A stretch of 64,000 bases of DNA from Adineta vaga (lineage: Eukaryota > Animalia > Rotifera), in the NCBI GenBank assembly GCA_021613535.1, contig CP075495.1:13888001-13952000 (forward strand), in the 5' to 3' direction. Positions 1-14,905 of the stretch are shown here, in pieces (within the stretch, counting starts at the first letter, position 1; each line of letters begins with the position of its first letter). The translations under genes were made by a program, and so were the position numbers. Below the pieces are notes generated by a model. That model ran no database searches. It saw only the letters and a list, made by a program, of their open reading frames with translations, and was not told the DNA's origin.

Positions 1-781
1 GATTTCGATTTTTATCCTAAATTTAACGGATAACTATTCATCTGGATACAATATTTTGATTGTTTTTTTCTTATTTATCTTGGACTTCTAGCTTTTTTTA
101 TCTTATTAGATATATTGAAGAAGAATAGAAGCACTGTTTCAATAATATTTCCTGTTGAGCTTTCACTCACACACACACACACCAATAATTTCCCTATATA
201 CATACGACGAGGCGGGTTGCTACACATACAAGAAACTGAATTGGCGACAAATGTTCTTTTAGAATAGTAAATGAGCGATCCTATGGGAAATACACATACA
301 TTATTCACCAATTCGCCTTCAGCGTTCATATTGAAAATATCCGTATATGTGTTCTACGTCTATACTATGAACGTTTGTCGAAAAATCAAAGAAAAAAAAT
401 CAATTAAAGAAAATAAAAAGATTGAAGTACTTATATTACCCTGGATTTCCGGACGAGTAACCTATATCCTCATTAAATTTCAATATATTCTACTATCTCT
501 TTATCTATGCACAATGTCATATTGTTTTAACATTAGATTAAATTCTCTGTAAAATTTACATTTGAATTTATGTGAAAATTATTTCTGATTGACTACAAGA
601 ATATATATTTGAAATGTTTGATGAATATGTAAAGAATACAGGTGTGATACTGAATAATTGAGTGAAGTTAGAATCGTACGAGATCGAAAGATGTCAATTG
701 GTTATCGTTTTATTTGTATATGTTTATTCTTAAGTTTGACTTTTTTTTAATAAGCATTTCATTGAAATTTTCGTTATTTAG

Positions 782-3700
782 ACACGGCGTTCATTTTATC
801 CAATGCTCAAATCGTTGAGTATCCGATTGTGTATTCGAATGATGGTTTTACAAAAATCTCGGGATATTTACGAGCTGATCTAATGAATAAAAGTTCCACG
901 TGTAATTTCATGTACGGCGATTTAACAAGTGCCGATACACAATCAAAAATTCGTGATGCATTGGAAAATTGTCATATTGAACAAGTTGAAGTTCTTTTAT
1001 ATAAAAAGAATAGTATGTGTTATTGATATTTGTTTGAAATAAAATTTTGTTTTTAAAATCGAATCTTTCTATCTCATAGAAACTCCAATATGGGTATTTA
1101 TGCAAATAGCTCCGATAACCAATGAACGCGATACTGTGGTGCTTTATCTATGTACATTTACGGATATTACTGCACTTAAACAACCCATTGAAACCGAAGA
1201 TACAAAAGGTTGTCATTTCAATCTTTTTTATGTCATTTTTCAAAATTAAATTCATTGTCGTTTTTTTCTTTGTTTAGGTGGTTTGAGTAAATTTGCACGT
1301 ATAGCAAAATCTGTCACAAGAAATCGATCGATTTTAATGAATTTTGCAACACCAACTGCAAAATCAATTCAAATTGATCCGACAAAACCATCACAATTAC
1401 CAAATGTATGTTGATGATCAATGCAAAGAGTAGAAAAGATTTATTCAGTTTTTTTTTCTTTTATTCTAGTTACTCAATTTAAGTGCAGAAGTATTACCGG
1501 TATGTAATCACGATTTTTTTTTCAATAACCTAATCAAATCGCTTCTTTACCTTCATAGAGCTATCGACAAGAAGCACCAAGTACTCCACCACATATAATT
1601 CTACATTATTGTACATTCAAAACCGTCTGGGATTGGGTGATTCTATTATTGACATTTTATACATCATTATTAGTACCTTATCATGCAGCATTTCGAAGTA
1701 AATCATTAGATGATGTGCCATTACTTGTTGTTGATAGTATTGTCGATGTTATTTTCTTTATTGATATTATTTTAAATTTTCACACAACATATGTACACAC
1801 AAGTAATGATGAATCTGTATTCTTGGCTATTTTCTATTGAGTTTTTCATTGTTTTCTATTCAGAATCTGGAGAAGTTATATCTGATCCAAAACGTATTAG
1901 GAAAACATATTTAAAAAGTTGGTTTGTTATTGATCTATTAGCTTGTTTACCATACGATGTATTTAATGCATTTCAAGAAGCTGAAGAAGTAAAGATTTGT
2001 TGTTCAACATGACAAAAAAAACAAACAAATATGTCATTTTATTTTTAAGATTGATATCTTTCAACGTTATGGAAGTATTTTTTCAGCATTAAAAGTCTTA
2101 CGTCTATTACGACTTGGTCGTGTCTTTAGAAAACTAGACAATTATTTAGAATATGGTGCCGCTGTTCTTTTATTACTTATTTGTGTTTTTGTTCTCGTTG
2201 CTCATTGGTAATTTTACGAAAAACAAAAATGTTCGTGTTAAGTACATTTTTTTTCGTTGTATAAATAGGTTTGCTTGTGTCTGGTATACAATCGGATTTC
2301 GTGAAGGGCGTGGAGGACCAGGTAAACGAGTAAGTATCGATTGATTCTATTCTTCTTAAGAACTTAAACCGCTTAGAATTGCATGAAAATTAAATCAATT
2401 TTCTAACTAACGAGACAAATCCGATGTTATTTTTTAAATCTTTAAATCGTTTTTAATATCGCGGAACTTTGAAAAGGAATGAGATAATTTTTTTACTAGT
2501 TTTTAAAGGATTTTTGTTCGATTGAAAAATCCATGAATTAATAATAAAATTCTTCTTTCGTATGTTAATATTTTGATGAATTGAAGTCATTAATCAGTCA
2601 CTTTACATTACGGATATTATGAATCAAAAATCTAAAGACTTCTTTCGATTAGATTTGATACTAAAATAATGAAGAGAATACTTCGATCGTTTAGTTTGAA
2701 CAAATTTTATTCGAATTTTGCAAGATATCATTGAAACATTTCACATTAATCTCATTCTTTCAAACTAGATGGAATATAGTTGGTTAGTTAAAATGGATAG
2801 GGAATTGCATTATGCATGTATTGATTCTTACGGTAATCTAACGGCTTATGAATCGAATGGTACATGTCGAAAAGCAGCTTATGTAACTGCACTTTATTAT
2901 ACAATGAGTTCATTGACAAGTATCGGCTTTGGTAATGTTGCTGCAAATAGTGATAATGAAAAGATTTTTACGTGTGTAATGATGCTCATTGGTTCATTAC
3001 TTTACGCAACTATTTTTGGTAATGTTACCACTATATTTACTCAGATGTATTCAGCAACTGCTCGATATCATGAAATGTTGAGTAGGTATGTATAACTAAT
3101 TGATCAAAGAATTTTTTTCGAATGAAAATCATAATGTTTTCTTTTCTTCTCAACAATTAGTATTCGAGAATTTATGCGATTACATGGTATGCCTAATCAA
3201 TTAAATGAACGTATTATGGATTATGTTGTATCAACATGGGCAATGACCAAAGGTATTGATGCAACCAAAGTATTAAATTATTGCCCGAAAGATATGCGTG
3301 CTGATATATGTGTACATATGAATCGTAGTGTATTTAATGAACATCCAGCATTTCGTTTAGCAAGTGATGGATGTTTACGTGCATTAGCTGTACATTTTCA
3401 TATAAATCATTCAGCACCTGGAGATATGTTATATCATTGTGGAGAAAGTCTTGATATGCTTTGTTTTATCGTATCTGGATCATTAGAAGTTATACAAGAC
3501 GATGAAGTCTTAGCCATACTTAGTATGTTGAATTGTTTCGAATGAATAGAAAGTAGACTTTGAAGTGTTTATATTTAGGTACAAATGATGTATTTGGTGA
3601 TGATTTTTGGAGTAAAAATCGCGATACTGTTGGTCAATCAGCAGCGAATGTTCGTGCATTGACTTATTGTAATTTACATCAAATTCGACGAGAACGTTTA

Positions 3701-5788
3701 CTTGAAGTCTTAGATTTTTATCATCCATTTAGTGTTTCATTTGCTCGCAATATGGTGCTTACTTATAATTTAAGACATCGCGTAGATATTTACTTTTTAA
3801 ATAAAAATAAAATTCATGTTTTTATACTTTTTCTTTTCTCTTTCCACTTACTTAGGTTGTCTTTCGGAAAATAGCAGATGTTAAACGCGAACGTGAATTA
3901 GCTGAAACAAGAAAAAATGAAGGCCTAGATCAGATTAGTTCCGATCATCCAGTACGAAAATTAATATCAAAATTTCGTAAAATATCTCAAGAAAATCGTG
4001 CTGCTTCCCAAAATAATCCAAATACATCTGTTTCTTCAACAACATCCACTAGTTCATCTCAGCCACCGCAATCCCAACAACAACAATCAACAGCAGGTGC
4101 AATGTTACCTTCTATACCCGAAACAACTATTCAGCCACCAAGTGCAGAACCACTTGATTCATCGTCAACATCAACAAGTACAATTGGTTCATCATCATCA
4201 GCACTTCAACTTCTACAATTACCTTTCTCATCTACAAACAAACAACGAGATAAATTAGAAACTATTTCAGAACGCATTGAAACACAAGTTTCAGAAATCT
4301 CACAAATAACATCTTTGAATCAAAGTCCACCATTACAACGACATCCGAAATCAAGTAAATGGAAATGGTTAAAAGCTGGTTCAACTGAACCAGAAAACGA
4401 TATAACTAAACCTTTAGTTCCAACTCTCAAACCAGCACCGGTTCAATCACAAAGTACGAATCCATTTGATCCAAATTTATCCGATGATGATGCACTCTCA
4501 AAATCAACAGATGGGAGAAGAGCATCGATTCCACTTAGTTTATTTGTACCAAGAGAAGCTCGTGGTATGAATTTAAAAGCATCTGAAGAAGAAAATGATG
4601 AACAAGTAAAAATAAATGAGGTTTTTCATTTAAATAATTTCTAAAAGCTAATCTTTTCTGTAAAAATAGAAACTATTGGATGAATCTCATTCCGATATAA
4701 ATACATCATTTGGTCCACATCGTAGTGTATCATCACAATATGTTGAACATCAATTATTATCTTCATTAATTGAAATTAAAAATGATTTGAGTAATGAAGT
4801 GCGTACATTAACTAAGCGCATGTCGCATATTGATGAACAGATTAGTCAGATTTTTCATTTTCTTTCTCCATTAAATACATCAGTTAAAAATAATTTTACT
4901 CCCATTGTAAGACCAGTTCCATCCTCACCACCACGAAAGCGATCTTCGCCTCAAGCTATGCCATTATCACCCTTAGCAACATCATTATCACCTGAAACTA
5001 ATGTGACATCCGTAGCAATATCTCCATTATTTGAAACACCATCATTTTACTCAGATTTAACGTCAAAAACGATGAATTTCGATGCAAATCAATCATCACA
5101 ACCAACCACAGAAATGCAAAATATTCCTCGAAAATCAAAAACAACAAGCGATCATACTCTTATAACACCACCATTACGTCATATAAGTGATTTTGATGCA
5201 GGTGCTCTTTCGATTCCTCCACCACCATCCATTTATAATCGTACAACTAGTTCTACCATTGCTAGTTTAACCGCTTCGCCTGCATCTCGAGGTTCCATAT
5301 CCAATAAAATTGCACCAGCACCTATCACCTCATCATCATCATCTGTTAGTCCAAAACATACATTCAGTACTGCATTTCAACCGATATCCAATACACGTTT
5401 AAATCCAGGTCGTTCACCTAAACCAAAAACTCGTTTACAACATACTCGAAGTAGTACTAGATCTCAAACAAAGTATCCTGAAAAATCAACAATTATTGAA
5501 CTTGAATCACCAACACAAATAGATGTATTAAATAAAACTGAACCACTTCTGCCGGTTTCAAATAAACCTATTTCAACAAGTAAATCAAGTAGTAGTGTAT
5601 TTCGTCGTTTAATAGCCAATACTAGTGGTAGTACAGAAAAACCTACGATGAGTTCATCATCAACTCTTCTCTATCCACCAACAAGTGATGATGAACATCC
5701 AATGAGTCCTGCTAGTTCTGGTAATGACGATGATGATTATCGACCATTAACATCTTCATCGAGTAAACATCATCAAACACCATTATAA
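782..5788 (+). CDS. eag: Ether-a-go-go (Kv10/KCNH1-like) voltage-gated K+ channel, multi-exon; first coding exon not found and probably upstream of the window
   Basis: Spliced exons give the PAS domain ([23 protein letters not shown]), [17 protein letters not shown]4 [11 protein letters not shown], pore [15 protein letters not shown] ([16 protein letters not shown]...[12 protein letters not shown]), [13 protein letters not shown] and a C-terminal coiled coil. Introns are GT-AG. Confidence 0.95.
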
Positions 5789-6099
5789 TGAATTTTAAAA
5801 AATTAGCAGTTTCAACTATTTTTTTCCATATTTTACTTCTTCAAATTCTCATGGTTTAGTTTTCTACAGGTGAATTGATGAATTTTATTTGCAATTTTGT
5901 GATAAAAAATCAAACAAACATTTTCTTTATCATGTCTATTTCTCTCTCTCTCTTTCCCTTTTCTATCTTGACTTTGTACACATTCACCGGTGCATATTTT
6001 TTGTTTCATTAAGTTTCCTCTCTCTTTATATCTGTGTATGTATTGATTAGTCAGTCGGTTATGGACTTGTTTTCTTTTCTCCATATTTCTCCCTCTCCT

Positions 6100-6124
6100 T
6101 TATATATATATATATATATATATA
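6100..6124. repeat. (TA)n microsatellite
   Basis: Direct reading of the sequence. Confidence 0.9.
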
Positions 6125-6526
6125 CACGTCTCAGATTTTTTTGCTATATTTGCTGATGCTTTTTCGATTACATTAGTTTTGTTGTTTTTTTTGGGAATAA
6201 AAACTAACAGCATAAATATCTCTCTATTAAAGATCAATAAAAATATTTTTCCGAAGATAATATACAATCAAAAATAACTTTCATAAACAATTGTTATCAA
6301 ATTATTATTCAGAGATATGTATGACCTATATCCATTTTTTAACATCTTTCGATCATATTTATTTGAATAAAATAAATGCGTACATATATATATAAATAAA
6401 TAAATATTGATTTCATAATAAAAAGAATTTCACGCGAATAAAGGCAAAATGACTGAACAGACAAAAAGCAGTGATGATTATCTTTTATCAAAAGAAAATG
6501 TTCAATCGACATTATATTTGATCATT

Positions 6527-9500
6527 TCACTCTTGAAATGATTCGTTTTCCATGTCATCAGTTGTCTAAAAGAAAATTTCGAGAAAAATCAAAAGAAAAA
6601 CTCTATATTATCTTACATTTTTTGAATCTGATTGACGACTTTTTTTGTTTGTCTTACTCTTTGGTTTTTCATACGCATCTAATTTCGAAGCAACATTATC
6701 AATCTAAAAGTAAAATCTCTTTCACACATTTCTTCATTGCTTATTCTTTTTTCTACTTTAGTTAAAACAAATCCAACTGATGATTCCATTGTATCAAGTC
6801 GTTTAGCCAATTCATTATATTCTTCAACAGATACTTCATGTGCTTGTAAACGTTGTGATGTTGCACTTGCACTACGATCATTACCTTCTTCATCAACATT
6901 ATCAACAGGCATACTAAAATAATCGAAAAACAAACACATATATTCCTTTGTTTCATCCTCTTACTTATTCTTCTTTGACAAATTTAATTCATCCATTTCT
7001 CGAAGAATAGCATCATTTTGTCGTAATAAATCATTACTTAATGCGCGTTGTTCATTTTCATCTAAGACACGATCACCATTTAAATCATATTTAGAAAATA
7101 TTGTTTCAATTTCTTCTTCCGCATAACCACGTGATTTCATTTCTGTACGCCATTCATCAAATTCAAGACGTTTATCACGATTAAGATCAGCTAAGGCTAA
7201 TGCACGACGAATATCAGCAATTCGATCACGTTTAACTGTTAAACGTTCACGCATTTTTGTATAACCTTGTTTAACAAAATCACTGATTTCAAATTCATTT
7301 TTCTTATTACGTAATTCAGCTTTCACTTCAACATATGTGTCATTGATAATAGCCAAAAACATATTCAATAAAACGAAGAAAACAAAGAAAACATATGTTA
7401 AGAAGAATAATGGACCTAAAACGAAACATCCATCAAAATAGAAATCGTTTTCTTTTTTATCATTGAATATTTCCTTACCAAGGACACGATGTGCTTGTTG
7501 AAGTGATTGAAAATCAAAAATACCCAAAATAATTAAAAATAATGTATATCTAAAGAAAACAACAAATGAATCTACTTTCGCAAAAGAACAACAACAACAA
7601 GAGTATTCAACTTACACCGAATATTGAAATGCTCGAAAACTTTCGACTTGAATACCGAATGTTAAATAACCAAGTTGTGCATAAGCAAAAAAGATAATAA
7701 AGAACATAATAGCAAAACCCGATATATCACGTGCACATTTTGCTAATGTTTCACTTAGTTGTGTCATTGTTTTATTGAAACTAATATATTTAAAGACTTT
7801 GATCCAAGCTAAGAAGATTGTTATACTAATGATAATATTGAATTGATATTGCCAATAACATAGAAATGAAAAATCATTGTATTCACGTTTATCACTTTGT
7901 ATTAATGTATCAAGTAATGAATCCACTTGAATTTGTCGATAAATATTAAAGATAATGCAAACATATGAAAGAAGAATAATGATGATATCCAAACAATTCA
8001 TAAGTGATTTGAAATACGAGAATTTACAATTACGAATCTATAGAAAGAAAAGAATGAATATTAGCCTAGTTTTTCTTTCTCAAAGCTTACTTCCAAAATT
8101 TCTTCAATGGTGTAATAAAGAATGAAAATAACGAAGAGAATTTCACAACCTAAGACAAAATAATCGAATGTTTGAACATAACGAATCAATTTCACGGCAC
8201 GAAATGTTGATGAAGTGAGTAAACCACCAACAGCTGGAAATTCGAAAATTAATCTAAATTAAAATATAATTCAAATCAATTTCATTAAGAAACAAACAAA
8301 TCACTTACTGTACTTGACAGAATAGATTCAAATTTGCATTATAAACTGTAAAATCAACAAGAATAGCTCGAGTACCACGTGTAATCCAAAGTCTAAATAC
8401 GCATCAATCACACAAAAATCAAAAACAATAAGATCTCTAAACTAACCCTTGTTTTAAATCTTCAATTTCGGCTGTAAATTCTGCTGCGGTTGCTGCAAAT
8501 GTTTTTGTATAACCACCTTGATCATAAACACTTACACGACCAGTTGTGCTTAATCCAAACCATGATGTTGATGGTGTATATTTAAAGCTAAATACAAATG
8601 TCAATAATTTATTGATTACATATCAACAATTCATACGCTTCATTGGTACAATTGTCATTTTCAAGATTTTCACACGGTCCAAATGTTGTCGTATCTTCAT
8701 AAGTAGGTGCATACGAATTGTAACAAAACTTGATTTCTTGTTTAAAATCTTCAGCAACAAGACAAGAATTATTTTTCACTTTCTTCTGACGCATTTGAAT
8801 AGCACCCAAAAGACGATTTTCAAACAAAAGATAACCATATTCACTAACATTTCGGTCATTATACCAATTTTCCGTGAAAAAACCTTCAGTAGCAATATCG
8901 GTCATATACTATTCGATAGAGAGAAGAAGAAGAAGAATCTTAGAACAAAAGGCACACCGATTCTTTCTATTTGTTTTTCTTACTTGCCAAAAATCTTCCA
9001 TACGATCAAGATCTACAAATGATGGACCTGTTTTATTGTTTGATAAATCAGTTAATTGAGGATCGGTAATGGCGCTTTTCAATGCTTGAGTTAATAAAAA
9101 CATATTACTGCTTACCATGCCAAACACCACTAAGATGACAAATTTTCAAAACAAATTATAAACGAAAATGATTATTATTTACCAATTGATAAAATTGTAA
9201 GAAAAATCAAATAAATAATCAGTTCACGAATGGTTGTACGAACATATTTATCTTTATGTTGTTGACGATCAATTTGTTCGGTTTGTTGTGTTGCCCAAAG
9301 TTCTATGATTAACGGAAAATGTTAAATTTCAAAAGAAAATATAACAATTACTTCGTAACAATGAAAGAGCTTTTTCACATGGATTATTTCGATTTTGATT
9401 ATTTCGACGTGAACGTCCTTGTTGATCACCTCGAGTAACTGGTATACCATCGACATACAATGTACCATCAACGTACATTTCATTATCCATGCCACCAGCA

Positions 9501-9559
9501 GCCGTTTCACTGTAGGCTGGTGGTGGTGAAGATCGATGTTGCTGATGCTCAAAGGCCAT
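6527..9559 (-). CDS. PKD2: Polycystin-2 (TRPP) channel, multi-exon
   Basis: [87 protein letters not shown], two EF-hand-like loops and a coiled coil. The last exon ends NESFQE*. Confidence 0.93.
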
Positions 9560-10090
9560 GATGCGTTTACTAATGCAAACCTTCACTCACCTTTTCCAAA
9601 TAAGAAATGACTTGAAAACTAGAAAAGTATGTGTACTTTTCTCGGTAAGAGGAATAGAGAGAGAGACAGAGAGACAGAGAGACAAAAAAAAAGTAAAAAT
9701 TTAATTTTCTATCTACGTCAGAACTTCTATTATTTTTCTGTATACTTTGTCTGTTTTTAGTATACTTAGACGAGAAGAGAAAAAGTTTAGGAAATGAAAT
9801 GGGAAAAAAAACCTACAAGCACGTCTGTAAAAACATTGATGAAGTGATATTTTTTTCTTTTTAAGTAAATATATGATTTTCTTTTTGTTTTAAATGAAAA
9901 AAAAAGAAGAAAAATAATTAACAAATCTATGTGTATGTTGAGAGACACGGCAACAGTGAAAACAATTGCGCCGTTGTATTTTTTTAGTTCCCGGAAATAA
10001 CTAATAAAAAAGCGTCAAGATGCAAGAGAGAGAGAAAATAGTAAAATGTTTTATTTGAATTGAATTACAAAATTTTGATGAAAATAAACT

Positions 10091-11662
10091 TTAAAAAATA
10101 ATTCCAAGTCGATCTATAGATGGAGACCAACGAATAATTAGATATTCATAAGGTTCTAATCGTATTGATTCAGTCATATCAATCAATGCATTTGTTTCAT
10201 ATTTTAAACCAGGATTTTCTTTATTAGTGAGAAGAACTTCAATAGCACTAGTTATACCTTCATTTAATTCAATTCTATCTTCTTGAATTGTATTACTAAA
10301 ATTAATTATAATCATATGATGTCGTGAACCACGTCTTCCACGTTGAATAGTTAAGATTTGTGAATTTGAAAGAATGTTTTGTTGAATTTGTCCAACACGA
10401 AAAACATCGAGTGTTCGAACAAATGTCGAAATTTGACGAAGACGAGAAAGTTGTTCATCTGTAAATTGTTGTCCTTGTCGATCGATATCAATTGAAATAA
10501 CACCAAGATGAAAGAAACATGCAGCAAAAAAAGCTTCATTTAATTTCGAATTTAACGATAATGAAGACCAAATAAATGGCCGATTTTCTTCGAAGTAGGT
10601 CGAATGATAATATCGATGAAATATACTTGTTACATTCGATGATTTCATATCATTCAAAATAAAATCTTCAATTGACGCGATATCTATTCCACCTAAAGAA
10701 TTCTTCTTATCACCATAATAACGTAGTAAAAGTTGATCATTCGATGTTGATAAAGAATCAATTGAATCAAGAAGAAGAATTCTCTTTGAATCAATTTCAG
10801 ATCGTATACGAGCAAGTAATAGGTAATCTTCATCAAGATGTCGAGTTCGTTTTGCATTGATACTTTCATTTCTATATTCAAAATCTTCATATGCATAACT
10901 AACACCTTGTAAATTAAAACCATCGAATTGAAATTTATTTTCCCAGATTGAGAAAGAATCAATTATATCATGAAAAACCCGATTATTTCGATAATTTATA
11001 TCAATAGCATCACCATTTTTAGAAAATTGATGCAAATAAAAAGAATTCTTTGCATTATGATAAGTCCATGCTGATTGTTGTTGATTATCAATTGTTATCC
11101 AATTACTTTGATTTCCTTGATTATTCCATACGAAATATAAATCATCTGATGGAAATCGTGATGATTGAATTGATAAATGATTTAATGGATAATCAACAAG
11201 AATTCGAAGATTATTTTCATGAGATTTATTAATTAAATTTACTAAGGCATTTTCTCCACCAAGATTTATATCCACATCTGTCCAAGTTAGTGGATTCAAT
11301 TCAGTTGATAATGGCATAACAGGACTAAGCCAAAGTGCTTGACCACTAAATTTATTTTGATAATCATTTAATTTTTGATTGATATCATTGAATGTCATTG
11401 TTCGATTTGAAAAACGTAAAAATATACTATTCAACCACCATGGTGTACTCGGAGCTTGTTCACACGATGGATAACGTACAATACAAATGATAATAAAGAT
11501 TAAATAGCCTATTAAAAGAAGAATATAGACTAGAGCACTAATTAATCGTGCTCGATTTAACCATGACGGTGTTGAAGAAGAATTTACTTCATTAGGAACT
11601 TCAGTTGTATGACTTGCTTGTGACATGTTATCAGTTTGTTTTTTTATTGTCGATTCATTCAT
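10091..11662 (-). CDS. SLC3A/rBAT-like type II membrane protein with a degenerate GH13 (alpha-glucosidase-like) ectodomain; intronless CDS
   Basis: 523-aa ORF with a single N-terminal TM helix followed by a Cys, a PWW motif, LWLSP, SAWTYH...FYLHQF, DINYRN and FDGFNLQGV. Confidence 0.8.
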   Translation of the reverse strand: MNESTIKKQTDNMSQASHTTEVPNEVNSSSTPSWLNRARLISALVYILLLIGYLIFIIICIVRYPSCEQAPSTPWWLNSIFLRFSNRTMTFNDINQKLNDYQNKFSGQALWLSPVMPLSTELNPLTWTDVDINLGGENALVNLINKSHENNLRILVDYPLNHLSIQSSRFPSDDLYFVWNNQGNQSNWITIDNQQQSAWTYHNAKNSFYLHQFSKNGDAIDINYRNNRVFHDIIDSFSIWENKFQFDGFNLQGVSYAYEDFEYRNESINAKRTRHLDEDYLLLARIRSEIDSKRILLLDSIDSLSTSNDQLLLRYYGDKKNSLGGIDIASIEDFILNDMKSSNVTSIFHRYYHSTYFEENRPFIWSSLSLNSKLNEAFFAACFFHLGVISIDIDRQGQQFTDEQLSRLRQISTFVRTLDVFRVGQIQQNILSNSQILTIQRGRRGSRHHMIIINFSNTIQEDRIELNEGITSAIEVLLTNKENPGLKYETNALIDMTESIRLEPYEYLIIRWSPSIDRLGIIF

Positions 11663-12074
11663 TCTTTGAAGACATTAAATATATATATATATATATATTC
11701 TCAAGCGAAGACAATGCAAATATCACAATTACAATCGTTAAGACTTGAATATAAAACAAAGATATGTTGAGAGATTTTCATTGATGATAAGAATCTGACA
11801 TTCAAAAAGAAGAAAAACAACATTTTTTATTAGATAATAATAAATCATTCGTTCGAGATGTATTGTACATACATTTGAACAACTCTTTTAGAAAAGAATG
11901 AATCAAATGAAGTATTGGATATCAACATAAGACTAGTCCACTCTGTCTTTGACAAATTTCCGTCATTATTTTCTTTATTGAGAAATATTCAATTGATTAC
12001 CTATCATGTAGCGTCATCTTCATTCCCATGAACCTTCATCATGCCCGTTTGTATTACTACCTGAAAGTAAATGA

Positions 12075-12136
12075 TGACTCAGAGTATGAGATAGAACAAT
12101 CATAAGCCAATCGTATTTCATTTAATTGACGCGTCA
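12075..12136. promoter_or_regulatory. Putative bidirectional promoter between the SLC3A-like gene and Rab11
   Basis: TGACTCA (AP-1-like), CCAAT and a perfect palindrome TGACGCGTCA lie between the divergent genes. Motif match only. Confidence 0.3.
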
Positions 12137-12221
12137 TAACTAACGAGATATTATATATGTGAGTTTGAAATCTTTAATATTCCTTTTCTCTTTTTAAATA
12201 TTCTTATTAGAAACTTTTCTA

Positions 12222-13412
<1,191 letters not shown>

Positions 13413-14131
13413 ATTTCTTTTTTTCTCTACGAGTTCTATTAATTCTAATCTTTCTTTCATTATTTGCAAACATTATCAAGATTTTTCTTAGTTTTCTTTT
13501 GTTCAACTGTAATCGAAATCTGTTTTTACAACATTAATTGTCATACACACATTTATATTCTCTTTCTTTCTTTTCTACCTATTTATCAAATCGATCAATT
13601 ACAATAACCATGCGATGCTCGAACAGAATTCTTGATCAAATGTGTAATGCTATTTATTTTCTTGGTCTTTAGAACAAATATGACTGTGAATCCTTGTTCA
13701 ACGTGATTGATTTCGGTTTCCTATTAGTATACGTCTTTTTTTTGCAAATTTTTTTCATAATTCTTCTGATTAAAGAAACAAACACATTGATGAAATCTGC
13801 CTTTTCTTCTCATGTGATGATATTTTCGAGATAAATTACTGATAGGAGTTAATCACGAGATTTTTAGATTGATGAAACTTGTTCCCAAGAGACAACTGCA
13901 TTAAAGCGTTTCTACCATTCAGATGTCGCTGCTAATAAATATTAATAGAATAAAAAAAATAGACAATTAATTCTCTTGAGTTCAATTGATTTTCTTAAAT
14001 AAATCATTTTATTATCAATTGAATCGATGGAAAATTTTCTCGATGTTTATAAATAAACAAAAAATATACTTGACATCTCTATCCATAGTTACTGTATAGT
14101 CTAAGGAAACAGATTCAAAGACATTTTACTA

Positions 14132-14858
14132 ATGGCGACGATAAATGAAGAGACGACCGATGTCGGTGTTGTGCCTGAACCAGCACTTCGAACAACTTTA
14201 CGAGATCCAATTCGGGAAAGTGAAGGTTAGTTTATTTGTTTCAATAGATTTGATATATATAATTATCAAAATTTAGAACGAGCTAATCAAGCACGTTTAA
14301 AACGTTTAACAGAAGCATTTACAATATTTGATCAAGAAGCAAATAATACAATTCCATCAACTGAATTAGGTACTGTTGTTCGTTCACTCGGTCTTGTACC
14401 TACCGAAGGTGAACTTCAAGATATTCTAAGTGAAGTAAGATTGTTATATTTTTTTAGGATAATTTTGTTTCAAATCAAGAATTTCTCTTTAGATGTCTGA
14501 TGATTCCAATCCTGAATCCATTCATTTAGATCGCTTTTTAAGTGTTATGAATATTATCTTAAAAGATCGTCGTTATCAAGGTGAACCCGAAAGTAAAATT
14601 CTTCGTGCATTTCAAGTTCTTGATCCTGATAATAATGGTTTCATTCGCGAAGAAGATTTACAAAATTATCTATGTAAAGAAGGTAAAAATTTCTTTCGAA
14701 CATTTATTTTCAATATCTTTATCTATCATTTCTAAGGTGAACCATTTAATGATGAAGAGTTTCAAGATTTCATGACTATTGCACTTGATGACGAATCAGA
14801 TCGTATATGTACTTATAAAGATTTCATACAAAATCTTGTTGTCGAAGATAATGATTAA
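14132..14858 (+). CDS. EFCAB2: Calmodulin-like EF-hand protein, dynein regulatory complex subunit 8-like, 4 exons
   Basis: EAFTIFDQEANNTI..ELGTVVRSLGLVPTEGELQDIL, ILRAFQVLDPDNNGFI and EGEPFNDEE match my recollection of EFCAB2/DRC8. Confidence 0.8.
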
Positions 14859-14905
14859 AAAATAAACAAACAAACAAAAAATACACCGTCCTTTTTCTTT
14901 CTCAT

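Noticed and set aside
13810-13946. TGATGA/CTGA motifs and an exon-like frame downstream of Rab11, considered as a C/D snoRNA or extra exon
   Set aside because: No terminal stem or recognisable rRNA guide. As a Rab11 exon it would stop immediately.
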